A stretch of 64,000 nucleotides of DNA from Octopus sinensis (taxonomy: Eukaryota): positions 248,001 to 312,000 of the forward strand of contig NW_021832223.1 in NCBI RefSeq assembly GCF_006345805.1, in the 5' to 3' direction. Positions 51,950-64,000 of this stretch are shown piece by piece. Made by a program: the position numbers and the translations under genes. The notes beneath the pieces are model-generated. The model did no database searches. It had not been told where the DNA came from and saw nothing but the letters and a program-made list of their open reading frames with translations. Position 1 is the first letter of the stretch. Every line of letters starts with the position of its first letter.

Positions 51950-53095
51950 GTTCTGTCATGCATTATTCAAAGACTCCTCATCGAGCTCATGTCGGGTTCT
52001 TTCTTCTCCGTATTATTTTTCAACTCGAAGCTACTATATACATTAAGAGCTCTCCGTGTTTCACGAACAAATCTCCTTCCGTTATTGAAAATATTCTGAA
52101 GTCCGGAGCAGAGTCGCTATCACGTACGTCGACCCTCTTGGTGGATTCAATCCACCCTGCCTGTAAGCCGCGGTGGGATTGGACTCGTTCTCCGTGTCTA
52201 TCGTCTTCCTGCTTCCTTTCGTCAACGGCATCATCCAGTGTTCACTGACATTGGTCTTATCAGAAACTACCCGAACGAAAAATGTCAGTGATCACGTGGC
52301 CGCTTTGGACCTGTGGGATTCATTGTACAACAAAGACCCAGTGACCCGGGTATCCAAGCTCAATGGGATGCCATTCTTGTGAAGCTCTTGACTACATCTA
52401 CGCAAAAATTTCGATCAGCACAGACTTGCATGTCTCCGCGCAGGCTGTGCACAGGGAGTGGGGCTGGCTGGATGCTCTACTGTCCTTCCACGGTAACCTA
52501 TTAGACAAAGATTGCCTCAATTGGTTTATCATTGCGTCTTGGATTGGAAATTGCGAAATACACAAATGTCGTTGTGGTGCTGTCAAAACCGTTTTGGTCT
52601 ACTCCCCTTTCTGTCGTCGCAGTGCAGGGCGCGCACCACGCCATGCAGCACTTACGACGTTATCAGAGGGGGCTCACGGCCGCTGGGATCCATCAACCTC
52701 GAACCCGTCGGGCTGGCGAGGGGAGACGGAAAAAGACCGACGGCCTATCGACTTTCCCGTTTGAGTTCGGCAAGTCTCTGTTATGGGATGCGAGTGTTCA
52801 GACACTTTTCGGAGCTCAACCTTCCTTCTTCAGCTGTCGAGCCTGGCTCAGTCTCTCGCAAAACCGAGAAGATGAAGATTGGAAAGTACAAGGAGCTCTC
52901 TGAACGGTATCTTTCACTCCAATTGCCGTCGAGACTTCCGGCGTCATCGGCGAAAAGTCTCTTTCCTTTCAAAAAAAGCTTGGCCGCATGATCTCCCATA
53001 ACCGGGAGACACGCGAGTCCAAGTGGCTTTTCGAAAGGATTTCCTTGGCCATAGTACGTGGAAACGTGTTTCCATTTACGATGCCGGAATTAGTT
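51950..53095 (+). mobile_element. CRE-like retrotransposon, post-RT region plus zinc knuckle and RLE, degenerate
   Basis: WIQSTLPVSRGGIGL, CRCGA, GLARGDGKRP, LLWDAS, FERISLAIVRGN. Confidence 0.8.
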
Positions 53096-53165
53096 AGTTA
53101 TAATATTTGTTCTTACTTAAAAATGAATTTAAATAATTGAAAAAATAAAAACTATGCATAATTAA

Positions 53166-54461
53166 ATGTGGATACCTACGTTGTGCACAGTGACATATTT
53201 CACGGCCCTGGTGGCCTATATAGTAGAAAGACTGTCCTATGTGCTGGGAATAGTCTGGGGGTCTGTCTTGTAGTACTCACCTCAACAGATACCTTCGATT
53301 CTACCGGAACAACTCAGCACAGAAAGTGGGACTGGGAATAACCATCATTAAACCACTGAAAGGTATGGAAATAGGCCTAATGGATAACTTGAAAAGTCAC
53401 TTTGTGCTCACCAACCCCAACGTAGAATGCTCTCTCACATTCTAAGCTCCAAATACTCATGTGCTTCGAGTCTGCCGACGATCCTGGAGTGACAGTGTGT
53501 CGACAGGTGATGAAGAACTTTCCTGAGGTGGATGCCCAGATTGTGATAACCGGGGGACAGTCCAAGAGCATAAACCCCCTGGTGGCCAACGTGTTCCCCG
53601 CCTTCGCCTACGCCAAGCACAGTGTGGTGTGGGTCACCACTAGTCGAATCATCGGTATGTCCCCATTCCCCTCCTCCAGTGACTGACGCCATAATGGAGG
53701 ACCTTTCCTCACGTGTTTTGGACCCCTCTGTGGGGATTGTCCACCAAATGGCTTACACCACGGGGGATATTTCCTCCCTGTCTTCCGCAGTATCCACAAT
53801 CTATTTCGGCTGTTTCTTCGCCCGATGGTTTATCTTTTGTCAAACTGTGGGAATCAACATGTTTGTGGGCATGTCCTACATGTTTGAGCGACACAAACTG
53901 GAGAGGATCTGCTCATTCGACGACTTCGGGGACCATCTTAACGAAGATCTTGCTTTCAGTGAGTGTCTCCTCTCCCAGTATTCACTCACTTTACTTTCAG
54001 TGGCTATCGACATGTACATTCTGTTTTTCCTGCTCTCCAAAACATATCCCACTTCACGTTGGCCGACAATCTAAACAGACATGTTCGCTGGAATAAAATG
54101 CGGCTTCATTCACATTTTATTGTCGCGGGTTTGCTCGAGGTACTCGACTTGGCGGTCCCCATGTCCCTCGTCGTCTCCTATTTGTCCCCTCCCGGCTATG
54201 CACTCTTCTTTGTGGTGGGCAGTCTTTCGTTTAACCTCATTTGCGACTATCTGCTTCTTTCTGTGCTCGAAGTAGTTCCTTTCTTTATTTTAGAAAGGGC
54301 GACCACGTCTTTCTATGGCGAAATATTTATGTGGGTGGATTGCCAAGGAGATCTGGTCAGTGGTGGTTGTCTTGACTTCCCTGGTGGACCCTACGCTTGT
54401 GGAGTGGGGAGGACGAGCATATCGACTGCACGGAAGGGGGACTGTCCGTCGTATTAGGTGA
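53166..54461 (+). CDS. UGCG: Ceramide glucosyltransferase-like (GT21), with motif substitutions
   Basis: IIKPLKG, DDPGV, INPLVAN, GMSY, NEDL, RHVRW, DPTLVEWGGRAYRL. Confidence 0.85.
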
Positions 54462-54540
54462 TTGTGCTTTTTTACGTTCACTTTTTACTTCAGTGCTTAT
54501 AATAGTTTTGCTTTTTATTTTTTTTGTAAAAACTGATTTA

Positions 54541-55496
54541 TAGAGTTTTCTGAGCTTTAGCGTCGAAAGCGCAAGCATTAGTACTAGTTCTCGCATATAA
54601 GTAAGAATTAACGTTTTTCGGGAAATTCTGTGTTAAAGTAAGAGCTATAAATACTATATTTTTTAACCAAAAAACTGATTGTTGAACATTCAATTAATGG
54701 AAAATCTAACAAAGAAGTAAATGACTATCTAAATATGCCTCAATCCTCCATAAGCCGAATACTTTGTCGATGGAGAAAATCTGGAGGTATTAAAAGCCTA
54801 TCTCGTGGTGGAGATTATTCTTCCAAATTGAATGATTTACAAAAGCAATACATTCTTGGTTTGGTCGATGATAGTCCATTATCCATTATTAAATCCATTA
54901 TTGACACACACTGAAACAAATTGTGAAAATATTAGTGATGATACTACCATTGAACTTGGGAAAAAATATGCAGATAATTTTCGACTCTTACAGATTGAAA
55001 TCGAAGATAAGAGCATCATTTTTCTGGATGAAATAGGATTTTCAGTTTGTACGCGTGCGAAAAAGGGAGAGCAAGTCTGGAAACTCACCCTATTTGACGG
55101 TTACCCAAGTAAAAAGCAGAAACATATATGAACAAATATGGAATCATATTCATTTATCTTTAAATGGGGAAACTCCAAATTTTAATATTGAATATTTATT
55201 ACCATACTTCGCTTTAATGAATCCCATAGAGAGTATATTCTCTGTATGGAAGCGGCTTGTAATTTCTGAGAAATTTATCAGCGAAATAGAGTTGAAAAAT
55301 GTCATTAATGAAAAATGAATAAAATAACGATTGAACACTGTGACTCTTTTCATCAAAAAATGGTCAAATATGTTTCCCTTGCCGAGCAAAAAATAACAAT
55401 TAATAAATAAAACTGATTTTTTAGACCTTCGGCATTAATGCTTGATGCGTCAACACTAATGGTTGCGCTTTTGACGATAAAGCTCAGAAAACCCAA
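54541..55496 (+). mobile_element. Internally deleted IS630/Tc1-like element
   Basis: 42-bp TIRs with 5 mismatches (TAGAGTTTTCTGAGC...), TA on both sides; IFLDEIGF and YLLPYFALMNPIE motifs. Confidence 0.85.
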
Positions 55497-55571
55497 TATA
55501 AGCTTCTCAAAGTGTTCATGTATTGGATTAATAGAGAAAATTACTCAAAAATAGATTGATCACATAACTAT

Positions 55572-56371
55572 TTATTTGCGTATAAAAAGTGCGAGGTCTG
55601 AGGGAGTGAAATAGGCAGGGGGGAGACAGAGCGGGTTGAGTGTGAATAATATCGACTTGATCATGTCAGTGGACCGAATGTATGGATTAGATTTGTTAAG
55701 CCCCTTGATCTGGTCCAAGAACTCAGTGTTCTCCGACTCGTCCTGATTGTATTTATTGTTGTGGAGGACATTGAGTGCGTCCACTCCACTGATCAAAGTC
55801 CTCGACCTCTCCTCCAATGCCTCCTTCAATGTCCCATGCGAGGACAGACAACTTTCGAGACTTTGAATCAAACTGAGGACCAATCCAGCCTCTTTGGGGG
55901 GCAGTTGGGGGAGAAGCTGACCAGAGAAGAGTGCATGGATATACTTGTAGACAAGTTGGTAGGGGGAGTCCTCCCTTCCCGCGGAAATCAGTCCAACCAC
56001 CTACAGTCACCAGGGGACCTCACCGGAGTGACATAAGAGGACAAGTCGTTGTGCTTTTTGGTGATGTTTTGGATAAAATTGAGCCACGTCTCAATGGGTG
56101 CTCTGTCCTTCTCCTCGATCTTGAACCTCTCCCTCTCCCGGTCGTGTTCTATCATTGAGGTGGTGAAATTTTTGACATCTTCGGGTGACTTGCCTACCAT
56201 CTTTGCTAGGGATTCGTAGTCGAATTTGTGGAATCTACAACTCCGGGGGTTGACTAACTTGTGTAGGGCGATTGCCAGGTTTTCCTTGTCTTGGTTAGTC
56301 CAGCTTTTTGTTGTGTACTTTTCTGGTATCTGCTTAAGACTCGTTCTGGTCTTTCTGACTGGTCTCGGCAT
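55572..56371 (-). CDS. SNAPC2: snRNA-activating protein complex subunit 2 (SNAP45)-like
   Basis: SWTNQDKENL..APIETWLNF..VYKYIHALFSG..PQLPPKEAGLVLSLIQSL. Confidence 0.7.
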
Positions 56372-56411
56372 GGCACCACAAGGCAACAAATTATATTAAT
56401 GTGAAAATATA

Positions 56412-57280
56412 TTAATTATAGTTAGTTTCTACTACAAGAGGGGCGATGTAAGGAGAGTGTCGAATACCAAAACTAATTTGTGGGGCTGCCCTCTTCACCG
56501 AGTTCATCTGAGTAGGCCACAGCCGAGTACCTTATTCGGGTAGTAAGTGGCCGGACTGGGGTTATCCGTCGAGGCCAGTTGTCTTTGAATGCGACTGGTC
56601 AGGCTGTAGAGGGGTGCTCGGTGCTTGTAGACGTTGCTCTCGGTTGTTTGATATGATCCCGGTCCCGGAGTCTACAGTCCACTAATTTGATCACCTTCTG
56701 GTAGTCGTAGTGGAATCCTGCACACTTACTTCGTGAAGTGAACGAATATGAGGGAGCCTGCTTGTACTTGCTTTCGTAGCTCCTTCCCAAAATCGAAGCC
56801 AATTTGTACGTGTTGGAGGCTTCAAATACTCAACGACAAATACCGGGAGTGCTGCTCGATATTTTATTGCTCGTTCTGACTCCGAACGAATAGGAGGGGA
56901 CCGAGTTGTATAACGTGTTGTTGATAGTAGGGTAGTATTCGTTTGGTCCTGGATATTTATAGAAAAGGTGTTTGTCTTTGGCACGTGGGTAAAGTGTAAA
57001 TTTTGGTGACCCGTCTTTCCCAGTGTTGGAAACGGTGGGACTAGGGTAGTAACATGGACCGGGGCTATAGACAGAAGATGTTTGTTTAGGTCTAATCCCA
57101 AAACTGTAGCTGGGACCTTTCTTGTGACTGCTGCGAATATCGTGGCCTTGTGCCCCTAAAAGAGCGGGAAGTTGGTATTTAGGTCCCGGGTTGGAATAGA
57201 AGGCACTAATGACCCCCCTTGGCTTTGCATTCTTTACGGCCGATTCCTAGGCATGCAATAATAATGACAACATTCAGCAT
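56412..57280 (-). CDS. ODF3/SHIPPO1 (CIMAP1) sperm-tail PG-rich repeat ciliary protein
   Basis: Repeats NPGPKY, SPGPCY, YPGPNEY, TPGPGSY with PSYSFG; ends FGIRHSPYIAPLVV; four 23-25 nt introns. Confidence 0.88.
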
Positions 57281-58599
57281 AGTTTGTTAGTTGCAAAGTT
57301 CGTCAGTCAATCTTATAAATGAAAAATTCCTTGGAGACGAATAAAAGTCATCTTAATACGCTGAGTGTTAATCCAATTTGAATAGTGTGATTGTTTGCTG
57401 ATGATTCGCAATTTTAATCAATACAGGCAGAACTCACCTGTTAGGCAGTCGTCAATTAGACTTGTCATGTCAATTCATCACGCGATTGTTTTTGGTAGTC
57501 CACGTTGAATCATCACAATCAAATTATATTTTCAATTGAGACATGCAATATTTTGGCTGTGCGTGTTTGATTGACATGATTTTTCAATTACTCCACGCGA
57601 AAGTCAGCTTTGTTATTTCACAAAAAATAAAGAATCAACCAAACACGAAATTTATCATCCTAATTTTTAACTGGTGAGTGTTGTTAAAATTGAAATAAAA
57701 AGCAACTGGGAACAGTTAATATTGAACAAGGTATACTCCAATGTGACTCACGTTTGTCACATTTATTTTTATTGGGCTTGGATCTATTAAGCAAGCTTTT
57801 ATTATGAAAATATCCGAACATGTCAATCAATACTAATGAAGCTAATTTCTTAAGCTTTTCAACAAATCATTTCTATTCATCCACAATTCGAAGCTTTTTG
57901 GAATAGAGGAGATGAAATTGGCATTCATGATGGCGAATGTGAACATTTACTTTCAACTGGCTGGTTTGGAGAAGAATTAGATAGGCTAAATATCTTCCTT
58001 ATTTGGAGTTCTAGACGATAGATGAAGCTAGCTTGTAAAGAAAAAAACGTGTATCAGTTACTTCAAAAATGTTGTTAGACTCCAATTTTGCGACCGAACA
58101 AAAAAAAACAACGTGATTTGCTGATAGAATCATTGCTGACAAGTATCATAGTGAAAAGATTGCAGGTATTTGAATAGCTGAAAATAAAAAGTTTGATATT
58201 TAAAAATTCTCTACATGGCTAAAAAAGCGAATATATTTCTTGTATTTGAAAAGTCTCCTATTTCATAAGAGAATTACGTTGACACAAGTAACAGAATTTA
58301 CTGAATATTAAAATCGCGTATACTGAGTTTTGGACTCAGAAGCATTTTTTAGAATGCTTGTCAAAATTGTTCAATTAAACTTAGACTTTTAGAAAACTCA
58401 TGTCTACTAACACATTGATTAGATAATATTAAGTCATATGTTTAAAAATCAAAAGTATATACAGTTTAACCCATGCCTTAAAAGGCAGAGATGCCCAAGG
58501 ATTTTGAGATTGTTGCATTAAAAGTTTTTTTTATTTTTTATCATATTTGAGTAGAAATTTCTAAACTACTGGGTCGGGGAGAATTTAGTAAAGTTATCT

Positions 58600-59100
58600 C
58601 GCTTGTGCCACCCTCTCCTGGATGCGTTTTGTTAATCGCTTCCAAGTCCCTCTATTCATCGATAGTTCCCTTAGGTGCTCAAGATCGTTTGCTGATTTCA
58701 ACCCTTTTCCAATCAAAGTTAGGTCTTGATGCAGGAGGGTTGCTAGAGTAATTCGTGGTCTTCCTCGGAAGGTCGTTCCCGGATGAGGAGCGTAGTTCCA
58801 TTGAGAGATTTGCGGGAGTTTTCCTGTCTATTCTTAGGATGTGACCGAATAAGCCCCATCTATTACTTCTTATTTCTCCGTCCAACGGATATACATTGTA
58901 ATTGGAGTAGAGATGTTTGTTTGATATGCGTTTTGGCCAAAAAATTCTTAGGATGTATTTCAGCTGCATTCTATGGAAGGAATTCAGATTTTCCATTTCG
59001 TGCACTGTGAGTGTCCAAGAGGAGGAGTTGTACAATAAGACTGGTTTTACGAACATATTGTATAGTTTGATTTTTAAAGACGCAGAAATTTGTTTACCTT
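58600..59100 (-). mobile_element. RTE-like LINE 3' segment
   Basis: GKQISASLKIKLYNMFVKPVLLYN..HRMQLKYILRIFWP..RWGLFGHILR. Confidence 0.85.
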
Positions 59101-60429
59101 TTTCGGTTGAGGTTGGTGACGAATCTCAAATTGCACTAATGTCTTTTTCACCTTTTTCAAACTCTCTGTTCACGCTAGCATCCTTCAACGTTCGAGGGCT
59201 AAAGTCGTCGGTCAAAAGGAAGTCACTCTGCCAGGATCTGAAACGATACAACATCACTATCTGCTGCCTGCAAAAGACCAAAGTCAAAAAAGGACTTAAC
59301 GAACAAAATGCTGACCATGAGCTTATTTTGCTTTGCTCGGACTGTCACCACTATGGAATGGGGTTTGCGGTGGGTATCAGACTTCGGGAATATATAAAAC
59401 TAGCTCGGCAGCTCGCTTCGCTCACCGCGACCTAGCCTCCGCGGAGGGCCTGTTTCATCAAACAACTATAAGTTATGTAGATGTATAAAACTACCTGTTT
59501 AATGTAACCCTATTCTATCGCCTGTTGATAAACGATGTTTGTCGTCCGTCCTTCCTTGGCATATTGAATAAATTTTCTCTTCTGCCTACCTCGAGCATCC
59601 ACATACACCTGTCCATGTGAAAGCACTCACTCTCTAAAAATAACCCAACTACCTTTATGACTGTCCCTGGGCCTTGTTTATTGTCATTGCAAACTTTTTT
59701 TTCATTTTTTGTGGTTTATTTTTTTTTATAATTAATTTTTTCATTTTTCCTTTGTAATTTCCTTTTTTTTTCTTTTTTATTTTTTACTGGGGAAATGGGG
59801 CAGGGGGAGATACGGCAGGCGGAAATGCGGCAGGCAAGAAAGCGACACACAAAAAAGATTAATTAATTACCTTATAAGCTGACCGTTTTTTTCTTCAGCT
59901 TCGTTTTTCCTCCTTCGGTTATCTATTAAAAAATTATTTTTGAATAATAAAAAAGTTTAGGAAAGAGGCATACGAAAATAAATTCTATCTTTACGAAAAA
60001 CTCAAGTAAATAGTTAATATTTTTACGCAAATTCTTCTGATTGCGCTGTCAATTGGTGGTAAATTGTGTTAATGGTTGTGCTAATGTGGTTTCAACTATC
60101 AAAGTGTTTTTCAAAATCTGTTAATTGCACACTCTATTCAAGGTCGTGCGTCAATTTGTGGTAATTGTGTTAATGATTGTGCTAATGTGGTTTCAACTAT
60201 CAAAGTGGTTTTTCAAAATCTTAATTGCACACTCTATGATAATAGCTTTAATTTTGATTCATGGTCGTTAATGATATATGCATTTAATTTTAAAGAGAAA
60301 ACATAGGATGAATTGAATTTCTTTATCGCGAATAATTGGGAGTTCAATCATTGTTAATATTCTCGCTGTCGTTTTCATCAAGGATATTCTTAATACGTGA
60401 GATTTTTGCCTGGAATTTTAAATGCACCT

Positions 60430-61020
60430 CATCATCATGAATGTCGAGGACATTCGCGTTGTTCATTTTAATCAAAATGCAGAAATATTTTTTGATTTTT
60501 TGGCGGAGGTTTTAAGGACTCATCATGTAAGTCGAGGACATCGTAGTTGTTCATTTTAACCAAAATGCAGAAAAATTTTTTTTTAATTTTTTTGGGGGGG
60601 AAGGTTTTAAGGACCTCATCATGTAAGTCGAGGACATCGTAGTTGTTCATTTTAACCAAAATGCAGAAAATTTTTTTTTAATTTTTTTGGGGGGGAAGGT
60701 TTTAAGGACCTCATCATGTAAGTCGAGGACATCGTAGTTATTCATTTTAACAAAATGCAGAAAATTTTTTTTTAATTTTTTTGGGGGGGGAAGGTTTTAA
60801 GGACTCATCATGTAAGTCGAGGACATCGTAGTTGTTCATTTTAACCAAAATGCAGAAAATTTTTTTTAATTTTTTTTTGGGGGGAAGGTTTTAAGGACCT
60901 CATCATGTAAGTCGAGGACATCGTAGTTGTTCATTTTGACCAAACGCAGAAAAATTTTTTTGTAATTTTTTTTTGGGGGGAAGGTTTTAAGGACCTCATC
61001 ATGTAGTCGAGACATCGTAT
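60430..61020. repeat. About 95-bp tandem array (~6 units) inside the Helitron-like element
   Basis: GTCGAG anchor at 60443, 60531, 60627, 60722, 60816, 60911 and 61006. Confidence 0.95.
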
Positions 61021-61041
61021 TGCCAATTTGAAGTTGGTGTG

Positions 61042-61100
61042 CACACACAGACAGACAACAGACACACAGACAGACACACAGACAGACAGACAGACACACA
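61042..61100. repeat. (GACA)n/(CA)n microsatellite
   Basis: CACACACAGACAGACAACAGACACACAGACAG... Confidence 0.95.
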
Positions 61101-62701
61101 CCTACCATTTTTATTATTATAAATATGGAAATGAATGACAGAATCTCGTATTCAATTGGAAACTGGATCTAAATCGACAATTACAGTTATAAATGTATAT
61201 GCGCCTACTTCTCCAAAAGCCTTTAAAAACCCAACGGAACTGGATGACTTTTATAGTTCACTATCTACGACCCTTATGGAAATATCCACGAGATATCTAC
61301 TTTACATAAGTGAAGATTGGAATGCGAAGATCGGAAAAAGGACCAAAGAACTGAGCTTCATGGGTACCCATGGGAGAGGTTGGAGGAACATGTCTGGAGC
61401 AACTATGGCCAACTTCGTGATCAATAAACAATTATTCATTTGCAACACAGCATTCCAACATATCACGACCTGGGTTGGAGAGCGCAGAAACTCAGATGGA
61501 CATTCAATAAAAATATATAACCAAATTGACTACATTCTGTGCCGACAATCACAGAAAGCTTTACTCTGTGACGCCAGAACATATGGAGGAACGCTAACAT
61601 CGAGTGACCATAAACTATTGGTAATTAAACTTCTCCTAAAGAGAAGATTTTGGATTAACATAATCAAAAACAGACACAGAGAAGCCAGATTTGCTGTCGA
61701 ACTCTTAAGAAACAATCCTGTCTACAGAAATAACTACTCAGCTAAAATATCACAAACCATAGAATCAATCAATCTCAATTTACCTGCTGGAAGTTTATGG
61801 AATAAACCCGCAAACAAAATAAAATCAGTGGCTAAACATAGGATGATGACAATTCCCAAAACCTTCAAAGAAATAAATGACCCGCATATAGATTACCTTT
61901 CTCATTTACAAAGGGATCTAGGTATCAATTACATAAACACCCACAACGAAGTGTAAAAGCAACTGAGTTCAAAATCCAAAGAAACAAAATCATGCGAGAA
62001 ATCAAGAAAAAATGTCAGAAAAATTACGAAAAAAGCTACAAAACCTTGCAAATGAAGTGGAAAAGTACAAAAACAAAGCGAAAATGTATGTATATGTAAA
62101 GATGCTAGCGCGAAAAAAGAAATCTGAAAACCTAACAGTTCATGATGAACTCGAAAGAACTATTTAACAACAACCAGAACGCACAGACACATTTGAACAA
62201 ACAAAGGCACCCACCAAGGAGACGCCCTATCCCCGGTCTTACGACCCTACGAGATGCCAGGAATAATATCCCAGACATATTACAGAAGTCATCTTCGCAG
62301 ATGACATAGATCTCAGGCAGCAGACTACCATTAGAAGGTATTATGGACAAATTGGGCCAACACATTTGAAAAATCATTCCTAAAATTAACACTGAGAAAA
62401 CAATACACTATAGTGAGGCGATGTGAACAACGACACGAGAAAATGGAGGCATACAAAGAAACATGGCACTTCTTAGGAGATACAGAAGACATGATACGAA
62501 GAAAATCACTAACAACTTTGCGCTTAAAAAAATTAAACAACGTATGGTTGAGAGGTAAACAAATTTCTGAGTCTATAAGATAAGTCTCAATATTTATTTT
62601 AAAGAAATAATCAGTTAATTTTGATAAAGAATAATCAGCAGTTTTCAATTAAAAAAAATTTTGCGGCAAAGAGATATTAATTATTTTAATAAGATGGAAA
62701 T

Positions 62702-62862
62702 TAGGATTCGCTAGTGGCCGCACCGCCGATAGCAAGCGACTTACCTCGCAATGTTGCTATAGATACCCTCTGGTACAGCCAGCTGGTTTCCCAGTGGTCA
62801 TTGGTCTTCCTCCCAATGAGCTTCCCAATGACCGAAAGAATCCTCTTCCCCGCAGGACAATT
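62702..62862 (-). mobile_element. CRE-like 3'-terminal fragment, same family as 3-479
   Basis: TSWLYQRVSIATLRGKSLAIGGAATSES* versus IGWLYQRISIAILRGNSLAIRGAATGDT*. Confidence 0.85.
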
Positions 62863-63789
62863 ATAAAAAAAATTTTGGACTTTTCATTTTAAATTGAATA
62901 AATTGTAGATGTCATTTTCCTGTATAAGTCAACGAAGTGTTTATGAAAACCATGTTGTAGCCAAAGAAAAGACAAAACTTTCCAAACGGAATTCAGCAGA
63001 GAAAATCATTTGAAAATTGAATTTTTTTTAGTGATTAGGCCTCACTTATTCTATTAAAAACAAAAAATTAACAACTATATATTTTGAAGAACCGCTTAAT
63101 CAATTATTGTCAGGTTTTCGACTATCGCAAATTTTTTCTAAAACTTTGAAATCATTTTAAAAAACCAAATGATTAGTTTAGTTGTGACTGTTTGTGCTGG
63201 GCTTGCCATGTTGTGCAAGCTTGGGGGTTATAAATAAATAATAATAATAATAAATAATAATAAATAAAAAACCAAAGTGAAAAATGATAAAATCTGCATA
63301 GATTTGGAAATTCGGAACTGTTTTGTATTTTTGTGTCCAAATTGAGGTCAAATTATTGATGGTATGAAAAATATATTTTACGCTGTCATTGTGAGCCAAA
63401 AATGGAATTTTTAGGAAAATCTGACTTTGGTAGAGCAAGGAAACAAATTGAAATGTTTAGACAAGATTAGCAATTGAGAATTAAAAATAAAAGAAATTAA
63501 AAAAGAAAAGCACCGTTTATATTTTCTTGAATTAATAATTTGAATGCTTTTATCAATTTATCTAGACATGACAATTTAGGTTCCTATAAATTAGATTTGA
63601 CACAAGTATAATTGTAGGGGGAAATGTAACATTATCCAATGAATTTGTTTAAAATTCAAAAGGTTTTTAAACTTAAAAAGAATTTCATTTTTAAATAAAT
63701 AACACACCGCTCCAAATTATTCAACAAATTTCTCGATGTAATCTGCCCTTGTAGTTATAATTTTTCTATGGATTGGAAAACGGTTTTTG

Positions 63790-64000
63790 TATTCTCTCCG
63801 CAAAGCATCCTCTTATCCATTTATTTAACCCCATTCCCCCTGAAATTGAGAGGAATGTAACACGAAGAAAACCGATAGACTTCTTAGGGTCACACCATAA
63901 GTTAAGGAGGGAGTTAATCTTATATGATCTTCTTATAGCGGTGAGGTTTTTGTGTTTCTGTGTGTCGTCCGTCATGGCAGATTGGACAGGACGGATCGAC
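63790..64000 (-). mobile_element. LINE C-terminal zinc-finger remnant
   Basis: VDPSCPICHDGRHT; runs off the window end. Confidence 0.4.

Larger units (their letters stand above)
59400..61123 (-). mobile_element. Non-autonomous Helitron/DINE-like element
   Basis: Minus-strand 3' end GCGAAGC-containing hairpin then CTAG|T at 59400; 5' end ATAATAATAAAAATGG followed by (CTGT)n; no ORF; 5' boundary approximate. Confidence 0.7.
59139..62580 (+). mobile_element. RTE-like LINE 5' segment (APE endonuclease to partial RT), split by a Helitron-like insertion
   Basis: LASFNVRGL..ICCLQKT..YGMGFAV | VINVYAPT..DWNAKIG..NQIDYIL..SDHKLL; ends VWLRGKQIS. Confidence 0.85.

Noticed and set aside
57350-58560. 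Possible gene or transposase upstream of ODF3
   Set aside because: AT-rich, with stops in all frames and no motif I could assign.
59260-59280. QET to QKT change in both RTE endonuclease fragments as targeted mutagenesis
   Set aside because: Two ordinary transitions in dead copies are not enough evidence.

Overview
Eukaryotic (metazoan) genomic DNA, not prokaryotic. It has compact genes broken by very short (about 21-31 nt) GT-AG introns, separated by AT-rich spacers full of transposon remnants. Host genes: annexin A7/A11-like, RING-finger protein, a giant cadherin-mucin membrane protein, cytoplasmic dynein intermediate chain, NET1/ARHGEF3-like RhoGEF, formin, UPF3, OCRL/INPP5B, CWF19L2, NR2E (tailless/TLX-like) nuclear receptor, GluN2-like glutamate receptor subunit, CFAP77, GID4, a small membrane mucin, UGCG-like glycosyltransferase, SNAPC2 and ODF3/CIMAP1. 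Micro-introns plus motile-cilia genes best fit a dicyemid mesozoan (inference, not verified). Mobile DNA: a complete Merlin element (34-bp perfect TIRs, 8-bp TSD) whose transposase has five micro-introns, pogo/Tigger, hAT, IS630/Tc1, a Ginger-like integrase, CRE-, RTE- and R4-like LINE remnants, and a non-autonomous Helitron-like element with a 95-bp tandem array. I saw no rRNA, tRNA or CRISPR. All exon models were spliced by eye. Several single-base frameshifts sit in homopolymers and may be assembly errors.
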